64,000 nucleotides of DNA. Source: an uncultured Candidatus Saccharibacteria bacterium. Its GTDB lineage: Bacteria; Patescibacteriota; Minisyncoccia; Phycocordibacterales; UBA9973. Numbering within the stretch: position 1 is the first letter of the stretch; every line of letters starts with the position of its first letter. The notes under the pieces were generated by a model, which saw only the letters and a program-made list of their open reading frames with translations, did no database searches and had not been told where the DNA came from. Position numbers and translations under genes: made by a program. Below are positions 38,288-48,812 of the stretch, in pieces. Where the stretch lies: assembly GCA_964639185.1 (NCBI GenBank), contig CAZXCN010000004.1:174-64173 (forward strand), written 5' to 3'.

Positions 38288-39985
38288 CTACACCACCTCC
38301 TTTTGATAACAAGATTCACAATACACTGGTCGGGATTCTTGATTTGTAAAAAATGTTTCAAATGTATTATTACAATACCCTTCGTGTTCATGACTTTCTT
38401 GCGAGCAATCACATTGTCTGTTTACTAGATCAAAACTTCCTCGCATTGCTTCCCTCTTTGCATAACGACAGAAAAAGCAAGCCTCAGGAATAGGAATTTT
38501 TAACCTTTTATAAAATGTAAATTCATCCGGTAAAATTTTGTAATTTCTTTCACATTCTACACAAGCAAGAATTTCCGAGGTTATTGTATCTGGCACGTCT
38601 TCAATACTATCGGGTATGTCTACCTGCTTTATTGTTTCTTTGCCTCTTGTTTGTTGTAATTCATCTTGCCAATGATACCCTTTCTCTGTTGCTTCTTCTT
38701 TTAAAATATCAAGCTGCTCTATAGCCCGAGTTTCGTTTATTCCACAAAGAGCATATTTTGCTGGGAAAAATTCACCATATTCCCCCCTGTTTTTCATATC
38801 TTCGATTATCTGTTCTTTTAATTTAAAATATTCTTCTTTGCTATACCTTTTATTAAGAATCACATATTTCCCAGTCTTTACTCCCACACAGCCAAAAACT
38901 TCTTCACATGAATGACAATCTATACAGTATGAGATATTCCTATTTTTCCAAGATTTTATTGTAGCTAGTGAGTTGTAGGACTGATCGGGAGTAACACACT
39001 CATAGGCAAGCTCTGTTTCCGCTCCACCAGCACAATCATAGCAAGATTTAAAAGTAACCCCATTGTGAGAGTATCTAGAATCTTCAGAAAAAGCAGCATA
39101 TTTTGAATCATGTGTATTTTTACTTCGAACCATTTCTGCTCCTGTACAATTTACACAATTACGAAGATCTGCAAACTTCCTTGGGTGATCTTTTATAAAA
39201 TCTGCAAACTCTTCCTTGGCTTTTTTAGCCCCACTTCTGGTTTCAAGTTTATAGGATTCAATTATTTTGTTATATTCCTCTCTTGTATATTTCTTATTTT
39301 TAAAATAGTGTTGCTTGTTACGTAGGCCCACACACATAAAGCAATCTGTGCATCCTCGTAAATCATAACCAAAGAAACAATCTGTGCATGAAGCGGACCA
39401 ATATATGTATTTACTACGAGCCACCGAGTCAATAACCACCCCTTCATATGTAAATTCGCTCATTTCATTTATACAATGACAATCACAAACATCTTTGGCT
39501 ACATTTATATACATACTATATAAACAATTCTCCATTCGCCATGCCACAAAGCACATTGCAGAATTCTTAGAAAAAGCAATGTCGTTATTGTACAAACAAT
39601 TAACGCTCCCGATACCTTCATCATTTACTATTCCAAGTTTTGGTATAGATTTTAAAAGATTATTAAATTGTTCAAAGAAAGATTTTGTGGGGTCATATTC
39701 TATACCATAATCTTCTGGATTAAATTTGTCTCCAAAGAAGCACTTCGGGCACATTACCTCACTTGCATTATTTTGTGCATATATAGAAATAAACTTTTTA
39801 CTACACATAAAACACTCTCTGTTATACAGAACAAAATCATTGAGCCATGCTAACCTTCTTGTTCTTCTGCATTTTGGGCAGAAAGTTGGTGCAGGCACAC
39901 CCATCTTTTCATAAAAGCCAAAATCATCCGGCTCGATGGCGAAGTCGTTCTTACAGTTCTGGCAATTATGTGTTTCAGGATTCAT
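38288..39985 (-). CDS. CPR-type Cys-rich repeat protein with zinc ribbons
   Basis: CQNCKNDF..PTFCPKC, many central CxxC repeats, C-terminal VYCESCYQKEV. Confidence 0.8.
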   Translation of the reverse strand: MNPETHNCQNCKNDFAIEPDDFGFYEKMGVPAPTFCPKCRRTRRLAWLNDFVLYNRECFMCSKKFISIYAQNNASEVMCPKCFFGDKFNPEDYGIEYDPTKSFFEQFNNLLKSIPKLGIVNDEGIGSVNCLYNNDIAFSKNSAMCFVAWRMENCLYSMYINVAKDVCDCHCINEMSEFTYEGVVIDSVARSKYIYWSASCTDCFFGYDLRGCTDCFMCVGLRNKQHYFKNKKYTREEYNKIIESYKLETRSGAKKAKEEFADFIKDHPRKFADLRNCVNCTGAEMVRSKNTHDSKYAAFSEDSRYSHNGVTFKSCYDCAGGAETELAYECVTPDQSYNSLATIKSWKNRNISYCIDCHSCEEVFGCVGVKTGKYVILNKRYSKEEYFKLKEQIIEDMKNRGEYGEFFPAKYALCGINETRAIEQLDILKEEATEKGYHWQDELQQTRGKETIKQVDIPDSIEDVPDTITSEILACVECERNYKILPDEFTFYKRLKIPIPEACFFCRYAKREAMRGSFDLVNRQCDCSQESHEHEGYCNNTFETFFTNQESRPVYCESCYQKEVV

Positions 39986-39990
39986 AAAAT

Positions 39991-41703
39991 TTACATTTTA
40001 TTTGGGGTTTGGATACCTAGGAGGTATAAGGCGTTTTGCATTGTTGTGTGGAATGCGGAAACAAGGGCTAGGTGGTAAGCTTTGTATTCATTTTCATCAT
40101 TTAGTATATGAGTATTACCGTAGAAACTATTAAAGCTACTTGCAAGCTCGGTAGCATATGTGGCTATATGGTGTGGTTCAAGTTCTGTATACGCGCGGAC
40201 AACCACTTCAGGGAATTGGTACAACATCTTTTCCAAAACTGTTACTTCTGCTGGGGAGTTGTGTGTATCGAAATTGTTTAAGCCAGCTTTTCCAAGTATC
40301 GCATTTGCACGCACCGCTGTGTATTGTAAATACGGACCAGAATCCCCTTCGAAAGATATAGACTTTTCAGAATCATAAATAATATCTGATCCCAGCGATG
40401 AACGTAGTATGGAATATTTTAGTGCGGACACACCTACTACTTCTGCAATATTCTTCTTTTCCTCATCACTCAGTTCCCTCTCAGTCATCTTCTCATAAAC
40501 AGTATCAATAGAGTCGTGTAATAGTGACTCACCAGTAATAATATTACCCTTGCGTGAACTCATCTTGCCACTTGTTAGGCGCATCATGCCGTGAGTAATA
40601 TGCTTCATGCGTGCCTCGTACTCCGGATGGATAAGTGATATAGCTTTTGCTACTACTTTCATATACTCGCCTTGTTCAATGGCAGTCACTACTATAGATA
40701 GGTCTAGGTCCTGTTCCTTTTCAAACTTTGTTATAGTTAGGCCTATTTCCTTTGTCTCGTACAATGGGATGCCTAGTGATGTAATAAATACACGAGTGTG
40801 TAACTTTGGATCATAATTCTCTGCTTTGAAAACTATTGCTCCGTCAGACTCTTCGAAAACATTTGGAATATTGTCCCTCACTATCTTCTCACCAATTGGG
40901 GCCATGACGCTTTCGAAAAAGTAGTGAACAAATTTTGTCCCAAGGATTTTATAAATTTCTTCAAAAGCTTCCAGTGTTACCTCGCGGCCCCAGTCATATA
41001 TTTTGTTTACTTCAACATCACTCCTATCATAAACTTTTTTATTTAGAGCTTCGATTTCCTTCTTTGCATTTTCATCATTATCATAAGCATCGCTACCTTG
41101 TGCATAACAATCCCCTATGTATTGGGCTAGAACTGAAGCAGATGCAGATTCATTTGCTGGAGAGCCAGCCTTGTACATACCATATATTGCTTTTGCTACA
41201 TGCATTCCTACGTCACCTTGATAATTTGCGCGTACAGTTGTAGCCCCTGAGAATTCGACAATGCGTGCCACCGACTCACCTATAGCATTGGTCATGAGGT
41301 GTCCGATATGAAATGGCTTGAAAGGGTTTGGGTCAGTATACTCTACCATTATCTTTTTACCTTTTGATATTTCACTCTTACCCCACTCGCTACCTTTATT
41401 TAATATCTCACCAATTGCATTAGTAAAAAATTCACGAGATAGATAAAAATTAATGAACCCTGCACCAGCTACTTGAATTTCACGTACATGAAATTCACCC
41501 TGATCTTGTCGAAGAATTTCAACAATTTTTTCTGCCAATTCTCTCGGGTTCATCCCTGCCTGCTTTGCATATGCCATAGCCACATTCGTTGAATAATCAC
41601 CATTATTCAAATCAGCTGGGTGTTCAAGTACAATAGCCCCTGCCTGTATACCCAGGTTCTGCAAGGCTTTATTTATACTAGCTTTGATCTCGTCTTGTAT
41701 CAT
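39991..41703 (-). CDS. argS: Arginine--tRNA ligase
   Basis: GDYSTN, EYTDPNPFKPFHIGH, KMSSRKG and GPYLQY motifs. Confidence 0.97.
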   Translation of the reverse strand: MIQDEIKASINKALQNLGIQAGAIVLEHPADLNNGDYSTNVAMAYAKQAGMNPRELAEKIVEILRQDQGEFHVREIQVAGAGFINFYLSREFFTNAIGEILNKGSEWGKSEISKGKKIMVEYTDPNPFKPFHIGHLMTNAIGESVARIVEFSGATTVRANYQGDVGMHVAKAIYGMYKAGSPANESASASVLAQYIGDCYAQGSDAYDNDENAKKEIEALNKKVYDRSDVEVNKIYDWGREVTLEAFEEIYKILGTKFVHYFFESVMAPIGEKIVRDNIPNVFEESDGAIVFKAENYDPKLHTRVFITSLGIPLYETKEIGLTITKFEKEQDLDLSIVVTAIEQGEYMKVVAKAISLIHPEYEARMKHITHGMMRLTSGKMSSRKGNIITGESLLHDSIDTVYEKMTERELSDEEKKNIAEVVGVSALKYSILRSSLGSDIIYDSEKSISFEGDSGPYLQYTAVRANAILGKAGLNNFDTHNSPAEVTVLEKMLYQFPEVVVRAYTELEPHHIATYATELASSFNSFYGNTHILNDENEYKAYHLALVSAFHTTMQNALYLLGIQTPNKM

Positions 41704-41774
41704 AAAGCCACTTTAACATATTTTGTCTAATATATAAATAAAAAGCTTGAGGTTTTACCTCAAGCTTTTTATTT

Positions 41775-42104
41775 TTACCTTACATCTCCATCGCCTTGTA
41801 TTGTACCCCTCTCTTTTCTGGATTGAAGTTTATCTACATTTGACTTTGCAACATCATCAAGTTCTATACCCAAGTCATTGGCCAATACTGCCAAGTACCA
41901 TAATACGTCACCTAGCTCGCCTTTCAATGCATCCTTTCTTTCATCACTCATCTGTTCACCATCATCACCTCGAAGCCATTTCTTTATCTTACCCATGACC
42001 TCCCCCGCTTCATTACCCAAACCAAGTGCAGGATAAATAATATTATATTTCGCTGGGTGCATAGCAGTAGTTAATGCTTTCTTTTGATATTCATTTAATT
42101 CCAT
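41775..42104 (-). CDS. MazG-like nucleoside triphosphate pyrophosphohydrolase
   Basis: LGLGNEAGEV and ELGDVLWYLA motifs. Confidence 0.92.
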   Translation of the reverse strand: MELNEYQKKALTTAMHPAKYNIIYPALGLGNEAGEVMGKIKKWLRGDDGEQMSDERKDALKGELGDVLWYLAVLANDLGIELDDVAKSNVDKLQSRKERGTIQGDGDVR

Positions 42105-42130
42105 ATATTTTTAAAAATTAATTTATAATT

Positions 42131-42823
42131 TTACTTTTTTAAAACCTTAAACACATTTTTATAAACTTCTTCGTGGATATCCTCGCGTGTACGCAATACA
42201 TTCTTCGGAGCGCAATCTACTTGCAAATAATTCTTCTGAGTTTTGGCAAGCCATATTGCACTCTTGCGGGAATTTTCCAAAAATCCTACGTCCTTCTCAT
42301 GTACATCTTGTTTCTTACCTAAATATGCACGGCCATCCTTCTTATCCCTTTCCTTTATTAGTTTCTTTGAGATACTAATAGGTAATCCAAGATAGAACAC
42401 AACATCTGGCCGTGGAATCTTGAAAACTTTGTATTCCATCTCGTCGAGCCATTCGATAAATGCTTGTCTCTTTATCATATTCTTTATCTTGCCACCTTGG
42501 TGGATTTGGTTTGAACTAACATATCGGTTCGCAAGGATTATATAACCTTTGTCTATCCACTTCTTTACCTCTTCTGAAGATTCCCATCTATCGGCCGCAT
42601 AAGCGATCGATGCAATCTTTGGATGAATATTTACCCAATTATAATATTGTTCACTCAAACAGTGGCCGATAAATTTACCAAAGAAGTTTTTATAATATTC
42701 TGGAAAATCGACATTCTTTACCTTGTACCCTTCCTTCTTTAATCGCTTTTCTAACAAAGCGACTTGTGTCGCCTTACCACTTCCATCTGTACCGTCTATT
42801 ACTATTAATTTTCCTTTTTTCAT
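42131..42823 (-). CDS. tmk: Thymidylate kinase
   Basis: IDGTDGSGKATQ, FPEY, YAADR and NRYVSSN motifs. Confidence 0.93.
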   Translation of the reverse strand: MKKGKLIVIDGTDGSGKATQVALLEKRLKKEGYKVKNVDFPEYYKNFFGKFIGHCLSEQYYNWVNIHPKIASIAYAADRWESSEEVKKWIDKGYIILANRYVSSNQIHQGGKIKNMIKRQAFIEWLDEMEYKVFKIPRPDVVFYLGLPISISKKLIKERDKKDGRAYLGKKQDVHEKDVGFLENSRKSAIWLAKTQKNYLQVDCAPKNVLRTREDIHEEVYKNVFKVLKK

Positions 42824-42825
42824 AA

Positions 42826-43110
42826 TTATTCTTTTAATTTATTTATATTTTTCTCGTTGCCCCATTGCCATCTTGGACTCTCCCCCTTTTTATAACAAAT
42901 AAAAATAAGTATAGATGTAAATATAATGAATGGAAATACAAAACCAATAAACAAATTTCCATCTGGAAATTGTGTTTGGTTAAGATATGAAGCACCAAGC
43001 ATAAATAAAATATAAACCAATACTACCACCCACCCCTGCCATGACACAGGTACCCAGCCCCACCCATAAGGCTTCCTCTTGAACCAAAGTTTTTTATCTG
43101 TCTGTTCCAT
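42826..43110 (-). CDS. Small 2-TM membrane protein
   Basis: WFKRKPYGWGWVPVSWQGW...KGESPRWQWG conserved-looking pattern. Confidence 0.75.
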   Translation of the reverse strand: MEQTDKKLWFKRKPYGWGWVPVSWQGWVVVLVYILFMLGASYLNQTQFPDGNLFIGFVFPFIIFTSILIFICYKKGESPRWQWGNEKNINKLKE

Positions 43111-43216
43111 TTTTTAATCTATTCTCTTTATACCACCCATTTAGCACAGGGTCACAAATAACCCCAAAACAGTCAAAGATAAAAGTTGTAATTTGTGGCT
43201 TCATAGATCAAATTTT

Positions 43217-43705
43217 TTATTCTTTAACTTCTATAGCCTGATCAAATGGTTTTATAAATATTTTTTCGGCATAAGCATTCAATGCTGTCGTAACTTCGGG
43301 GGTTAAAATTTGACCGAGAGTTTCAAAGATAGTTTTAATTGAGTCTGGATTCATGTTAACCCCATCAAGACTATTGTTATCCTTAGGAAAAATATCCAAA
43401 AAAGCAGATTCTAGTATCATTTTTTCCTGTTGAGGGAAACGAGGGTCTTTTATTAATGAGTATAAAGATTGAGAAAAAATCATGAGAGCCCTACTTCTTT
43501 CTATATCTTCATCAGGGACAGTCCCCTCGATTAAACCAATATACTCAGCAACGGCTTTTTTCCTTTCTTTTAAAAGCTCCATAAAACGCTGAGACAAGTA
43601 TTCTCTGTCTTCTTTGGAAAAGTGTGTCACACTGTCTGGACTTTTCTGATCCAGAATAGTATTTTCAACTTTTTTTATTCCATTATTCCTCAATCCTTCA
43701 TCCAT
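43217..43705 (-). CDS. Hypothetical protein
   Basis: 162-aa ORF filling the gap, co-oriented with neighbours. Confidence 0.55.
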   Translation of the reverse strand: MDEGLRNNGIKKVENTILDQKSPDSVTHFSKEDREYLSQRFMELLKERKKAVAEYIGLIEGTVPDEDIERSRALMIFSQSLYSLIKDPRFPQQEKMILESAFLDIFPKDNNSLDGVNMNPDSIKTIFETLGQILTPEVTTALNAYAEKIFIKPFDQAIEVKE

Positions 43706-43728
43706 AAATTTATTTCAATTAATATTAA

Positions 43729-44985
43729 TTACACAAACTTCTCTGGGATTGGGTGAGAGTGGGCGAGAGTTTTTATTTTTGCTTTTATTTCGGCCTTCAT
43801 TTCTGCGTTGTCTTTGTTCTTCAAAGTCTGAATCAACAACCTTGCCACTTCTTTACAATCCTCTTCTTTGAATCCACGAGTAGTAATAGCTGGTGTTCCA
43901 AATCGGATACCAGATGGATCCAAAGGCTTGCGAGTGTCCCCTGCTATAGAGTTCATGTTAAGTGTAATACCCACTTCGTCTAGTACTGTTTGTGCCTCTT
44001 TGCCTGTTACGCCAAGTGAACCATAAACGTCTGCAAGGATAAGGTGGTTATCTGTTCCACCACCGATCATGCGTACACCTTCCGCCTTGAAAACTTCTTC
44101 CATTGCTTTTGCGTTCTTCAGTACTTGCTGTGCGTACTCTTGATATTCAGGTGTAAGCGCTTCACCGAATGCCACAGCCTTGGCTGCGATAGTGTGCATG
44201 TGTGGGCCACCCTGTATACCTGGAAAGATACTTTTATCGATCTTCTTTGCTATCTCTTCGTCTTCGCGAACAAGGATCATACCTCCACGTGGACCACGAA
44301 GTGTCTTGTGAGTTGTTGTTGTAATAATATCAAAGCCATCATCAAAAGGGTTGCGCAAAGCTTTTGCAGCAATGAGTCCTGCGATGTGCGCCATGTCTGC
44401 CATTGTTATAGCACCCACTTCGTGTGCTATGTCTACGAACTTTTTATAATCAAGTGTACGTGGGTATGCAGAGAATCCAGCAATAATTAATTTTGGCTTC
44501 TCCTCCTTTGCAACACGAAGCATATCATCGTAATCAATCTCGCCTGTCTCTGGGTCCTTCATCTTGTAAGTTACGAATTTATAAATCTTTGCAGGTAGTG
44601 TCATCGGGTGGCCATGAGTAAGGTGCCCACCGTGTGAAAGGTCCATACCCATCACTGTATCACCTGGTGCAAGGAGTGCCGCGTATACTGCTAGATTCGC
44701 TGGTGCTCCTGAGTGTGGCTGAACATTGGCAAACTTACAATTAAAAAGTTGGCACGCACGTTCGATAGCTAGACGCTCTACAACATCGGTAAAATCCTGC
44801 CCGCCATAATATCGACGGCCTGGGTACCCTTCGGAATATTTATTGGTAAACACAGATCCATTTGCTTCGCGAACAGCAAGTGATACATAGTTCTCAGAAG
44901 GTATCAATTCCAACCCATCCTCCTCCCTCTTCTCCTCACCCTTTATTGCATCCCACACTTCTTTGTCTTGTTGATCGATATACAT
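43729..44985 (-). CDS. glyA: Serine hydroxymethyltransferase
   Basis: LIPSENY, NKYSEGYPGRRYYGG and TTTHKTLRGPRGG motifs. Confidence 0.98.
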   Translation of the reverse strand: MYIDQQDKEVWDAIKGEEKREEDGLELIPSENYVSLAVREANGSVFTNKYSEGYPGRRYYGGQDFTDVVERLAIERACQLFNCKFANVQPHSGAPANLAVYAALLAPGDTVMGMDLSHGGHLTHGHPMTLPAKIYKFVTYKMKDPETGEIDYDDMLRVAKEEKPKLIIAGFSAYPRTLDYKKFVDIAHEVGAITMADMAHIAGLIAAKALRNPFDDGFDIITTTTHKTLRGPRGGMILVREDEEIAKKIDKSIFPGIQGGPHMHTIAAKAVAFGEALTPEYQEYAQQVLKNAKAMEEVFKAEGVRMIGGGTDNHLILADVYGSLGVTGKEAQTVLDEVGITLNMNSIAGDTRKPLDPSGIRFGTPAITTRGFKEEDCKEVARLLIQTLKNKDNAEMKAEIKAKIKTLAHSHPIPEKFV

Positions 44986-45096
44986 AATATTGTTTGCTAG
45001 GTATTAATAGCCAAATTTTACCACACTGCAGGTAAACAAAAAAGCAGGCCAAAATAATGGTCTGCTTTCTTTTTAAAAAAAATGTGAAGTCTGCAT

Positions 45097-45354
45097 TTAA
45101 TGCCCCTTACTTCCACTGAAGGGCTTTCTACCAAACATCCAACGGATGCCGGCAAAGAGGAGAGCAAAAGCCAGGATACAACCAAGAATAAACTTGATTA
45201 TTTCCCAAAGATCATACATCCAACCATTTACGGTTGTTGTAAAACCTTCCCTGTCGACTCCACGCCAAATCAAGGCAATTACTATCGCGAGGACAATTAC
45301 GGTTCCAATGAACCAACGTAGGCTTGTCCAAAACCTGTGCCAAAATTCTCTCAT
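45097..45354 (-). CDS. Small 2-TM membrane protein
   Basis: Two hydrophobic helices; own TTGACT-17-TATAAT promoter and downstream terminator. Confidence 0.6.
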   Translation of the reverse strand: MREFWHRFWTSLRWFIGTVIVLAIVIALIWRGVDREGFTTTVNGWMYDLWEIIKFILGCILAFALLFAGIRWMFGRKPFSGSKGH

Positions 45355-45441
45355 ATTTTATGTTATTTTTTATATTATATCATAAATAAATAGATAAGTC
45401 AATATATAGTAAAAAAGAAATATTATATATATAATATGTAT

Positions 45442-46314
45442 ATGAAAGCATACTTAGATATAGTTAAAAATGTTTTAGACAATGGTCAATTAGTAGAAAC
45501 TCGCCAAGGGCCAAAGGCGTACACAATTGCAGGTGCAATATTTGAACATGATATGTCCAAAGGCTTCCCTCTCCTAACTACAAAAAAGATGCCTATGCGA
45601 TTAATAGCAAGTGAATTGGAATTTTTCATAAATGGTGTTACTGACAAACAATGGCTACTTGATCGCAACAATCATATCTGGGATGAGTGGGCAAGTCCTA
45701 AAAAAGCTCCTTATGGGCATGATGCAGAAAGTAAAAAGAAAATGTTAGAAGAACGCGACCTTGGACCAATATATGGATTCCAATGGAGACACTTTAACGC
45801 TAAATACGAAAGCTACGACACAGATTACACAGGGAAAGGTTTTGATCAATTAAAAAGATTGATAGATATTTTAAAAACAAACCCACGTGATCGCAGAATG
45901 ATTGTAAATGCATGGAACCCGTTGATGCTAGAAGAAATGGGTCTGCCACCTTGTCACTACTCTTTTCAAGTTACAACAATAAACGGCAAGGTAAATTTAC
46001 TTTGGAATCAGCGTTCTGTAGATACAATGCTCGGACTTCCTTTCAACATAGCAAGTTATGCTTTACTACTTCACTTGATAGCAAAAGAAGCAGGACTTCA
46101 AGAGGGTAAATTAGTTGGATTCCTTGCAGATGTGCACTTGTTTGAAAACCATGTAGATGGTGCAAAAGAACAACTCTCTCGTGACCCAAACAAACACCCT
46201 CTGCCAACTATCCAAACAGAAAATTGGAAATCTATCTATGATTGGAAATATGAGGACACTAAAGTCAACGGCTACCAAAGCTATGACAGAATACCTTTCG
46301 AAATAGCAATCTAA
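45442..46314 (+). CDS. thyA: Thymidylate synthase
   Basis: FPLLTTK, GPIYGFQWR, LPPCH and QRSVD..LGLPFNIASY; start placed 6 nt after TATAAT. Confidence 0.97.
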   Translation: MKAYLDIVKNVLDNGQLVETRQGPKAYTIAGAIFEHDMSKGFPLLTTKKMPMRLIASELEFFINGVTDKQWLLDRNNHIWDEWASPKKAPYGHDAESKKKMLEERDLGPIYGFQWRHFNAKYESYDTDYTGKGFDQLKRLIDILKTNPRDRRMIVNAWNPLMLEEMGLPPCHYSFQVTTINGKVNLLWNQRSVDTMLGLPFNIASYALLLHLIAKEAGLQEGKLVGFLADVHLFENHVDGAKEQLSRDPNKHPLPTIQTENWKSIYDWKYEDTKVNGYQSYDRIPFEIAI

Positions 46315-46316
46315 AT

Positions 46317-46838
46317 ATGATACTTTCACTTATATCAGCCATTGGGGAAAATAATGAAATAGGGTTGGGTAATGCCCTACTATGGGATCTGCCACGCGAT
46401 ATGCAACATTTCCGAGAAACCACTTCCGGCCACCCTGTAATAATGGGTAGGAAAACTTTCGAATCTATCGGGCGCCCACTTCCAAAAAGACGCAATATAA
46501 TAATCACTCGTGATGTTACCTATATGAAAGACGGTATTGAGGTAGCCAACTCACTCGATGAAGCATTGCGCCTAGCAAGCCTAGAACATGGTAGGAATTT
46601 CGAAGAGAATCAAGACGAAGTAGAGGTATTTGTAATCGGTGGTGCAGAAATATACAAACAAGCAATAGAAAAGGCAAACCGACTGTACATAACTCACGTA
46701 CATCAGAATTTTGAAGCTGATGCTCACTTCCCCAATATTGGACCTGAATGGAAAGAAGTATCCAAAGTAAGTCATGAGAGTGACGAGTTCAACAAATTTC
46801 CCCATTCATTTGTAGTTTACGAAAAGGTTGCAAATTAA
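46317..46838 (+). CDS. folA: Dihydrofolate reductase
   Basis: VIMGRKTFESIGRPLPKRRNI and IGGAEIY motifs. Confidence 0.97.
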   Translation: MILSLISAIGENNEIGLGNALLWDLPRDMQHFRETTSGHPVIMGRKTFESIGRPLPKRRNIIITRDVTYMKDGIEVANSLDEALRLASLEHGRNFEENQDEVEVFVIGGAEIYKQAIEKANRLYITHVHQNFEADAHFPNIGPEWKEVSKVSHESDEFNKFPHSFVVYEKVAN

Positions 46839-46862
46839 TAATTAAAAAGTACAATTACAATT

Positions 46863-47399
46863 ATGATACTTTCAGATAAAAAGATACTAGAGTGCATAGA
46901 AAATGGTGAGATAAAAATAGAACCATTTGATGTATCCAATATGGGTGGCAATTCATACGATGTACACCTTTCCAAACACCTAGCACAATATATAGATAAA
47001 GAGCTCGATGCAAAAAAGCACAATGAAGTTAGACACTTTGAGATTCCCGAAGAAGGCTTTGTATTGCAACCAGGCCAACTATATCTAGGCTCTACATTTG
47101 AATATACCGAAAGTCACAAGCATGTTCCCTTCCTAGAAGGTAAATCATCTACTGGGCGCCTAGGTATCGATATTCATGCTACAGCCGGTAAGGGTGATGT
47201 AGGGTTCTGCGGATACTGGACACTCGAGATATCTACATCTATACCTGTACGAGTTTATGCAGGGATGCCAATAGGCCAAGTAATATATTATGTTGTAGAT
47301 GGTGAGGTAGACAGACTATATCACAAGAAGGATAATGCAAAATATTCACACCAAGAAGCATTACCAAAAGAATCCATGATGTGGAAAAATAAATTCTAA
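46863..47399 (+). CDS. dcd: dCTP deaminase
   Basis: NSYDVHL, EGKSSTGRLG and GDVGFCGYWTLEI motifs. Confidence 0.93.
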   Translation: MILSDKKILECIENGEIKIEPFDVSNMGGNSYDVHLSKHLAQYIDKELDAKKHNEVRHFEIPEEGFVLQPGQLYLGSTFEYTESHKHVPFLEGKSSTGRLGIDIHATAGKGDVGFCGYWTLEISTSIPVRVYAGMPIGQVIYYVVDGEVDRLYHKKDNAKYSHQEALPKESMMWKNKF

Positions 47400-47464
47400 A
47401 TACAAAATAAAAAAAACCTGTTGCATTTCCATGCGACAGGTTTTTGGTAATGTCTATAATTCAA

Positions 47465-48211
47465 TTAGATTTCTATTATTTTAAAAAAATCTGCAATATC
47501 TTTGGCTATCTTTTCACCATTTTCCTTAGAATTTAGAACCTTTTTTCCTCTAAAGAATGGGGATATTTCTACCAATATTGATTCTACATTTTTAAATTTC
47601 TTAAAATAATGAAGATTAGTAGTGTCTCCTTTGTACATACATTCGGAAGGCAAACCATCTACATTTGCACAAAAAACATTGTAGTTTTTATTTTTCAAAA
47701 AATAATAAAATTTTTTATCCAGACCCTTAGGGGATGATTCCCCATTTGTACCAAGAATAACGTCAAAATCTATTTTCTCTAATGGTTGCTTTGCAAAACC
47801 ATGCAGATCAAATAAATATACACATTTGTGTTTTTTTAGCAGATTATTGATAATTCTTTTAATCCCATTATGATATGCATTATAAAAAGGTTTAATTTTT
47901 TCATCAGTATATGCAACTTCTGGAACAAAACGATTATAATCGACAAAAGCCCGAGGCAAGAGTCCAATAACAGCATTAACATTACAAGATTTCAAAATAT
48001 CAGAAGCAACATGGAGAATCTGACCATCACCTCCTGTCACAACTTTCTCTCCTTTAATATAGTTGTCTGATAGATTTTCTGATTTGATACGCTTTTGGAA
48101 AAAAGTTTCGAGCCAAGATCCATACATGTTACTCATTCCACCATGAGGCACAGTAATCAGTACTGGGGATTCATCATTTTCCAATACAACAGTAAAGTTT
48201 TTTTCTTTCAT
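47465..48211 (-). CDS. N-formylglutamate amidohydrolase family protein
   Basis: ITVPHGG, RAFVDYNR, YNAYH, DLHG and LVEI motifs. Confidence 0.82.
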   Translation of the reverse strand: MKEKNFTVVLENDESPVLITVPHGGMSNMYGSWLETFFQKRIKSENLSDNYIKGEKVVTGGDGQILHVASDILKSCNVNAVIGLLPRAFVDYNRFVPEVAYTDEKIKPFYNAYHNGIKRIINNLLKKHKCVYLFDLHGFAKQPLEKIDFDVILGTNGESSPKGLDKKFYYFLKNKNYNVFCANVDGLPSECMYKGDTTNLHYFKKFKNVESILVEISPFFRGKKVLNSKENGEKIAKDIADFFKIIEI

Positions 48212-48251
48212 GTTTTTATTCTAACCTATTCTAAAATCAACAAAAAGTCAA

Positions 48252-48300
48252 TACACAATAAAAAAACCTCGAACAAAAGTCGAGGTTTTTTTATTGTGTA
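48252..48300 (-). terminator. Terminator directly after rplK
   Basis: TACACAATAAAAAAACCTCGA...TCGAGGTTTTTTTATTGTGTA. Confidence 0.85.
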
Positions 48301-48304
48301 ACTA

Positions 48305-48730
48305 CTATTCTACTACTGTGATACCTGCTGAACGTGCTGAACCTTCGATGATCTTCATTGCGCCTTCGATATCCTTTGCGTTCAAGTCTGGCATCTTCTT
48401 CTCGGCTATTGCGCGAACTTGTGCTTTTGTAATCTTACCTGCCTTTGAAGTGTTTGGTTTACCTGAACCCTTCTCGATACCTGCAGCTTTGAATATCAAT
48501 CCTGCTACTGGTGGAGTCTTTACCACGAAGTCATAAGTGCGGTCCTCGTAAACGAATATCTGTACACCTACTTTATCACCTGCCATATCTGCTGTCGCTG
48601 CGTTGAACTTCTGACAGAATTCTGCAATGTTCACACCGGCCTGACCAAGCGCAGGACCTAGTGGTGGCGCAGGAGTTGCCTTTGCGGCCTGAATCTGAAG
48701 TTTAACTTTCTTTATTATTTTCTTTGCCAT
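48305..48730 (-). CDS. rplK: 50S ribosomal protein L11
   Basis: [18 protein letters not shown] and GSARSAGI motifs. Confidence 0.98.
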   Translation of the reverse strand: MAKKIIKKVKLQIQAAKATPAPPLGPALGQAGVNIAEFCQKFNAATADMAGDKVGVQIFVYEDRTYDFVVKTPPVAGLIFKAAGIEKGSGKPNTSKAGKITKAQVRAIAEKKMPDLNAKDIEGAMKIIEGSARSAGITVVE

Positions 48731-48812
48731 ATATTTTTAAAAATTTAAATTATAATTACTATTTATCAATTCATCTACTTAATGAGAAGCTTATAAGTAA
48801 ATGATTTCCGAA

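Noticed and set aside
38288-39985. Diversity-generating retroelement linking the two Cys-rich genes
   Set aside because: No reverse transcriptase and no near-identical TR/VR pair in the window
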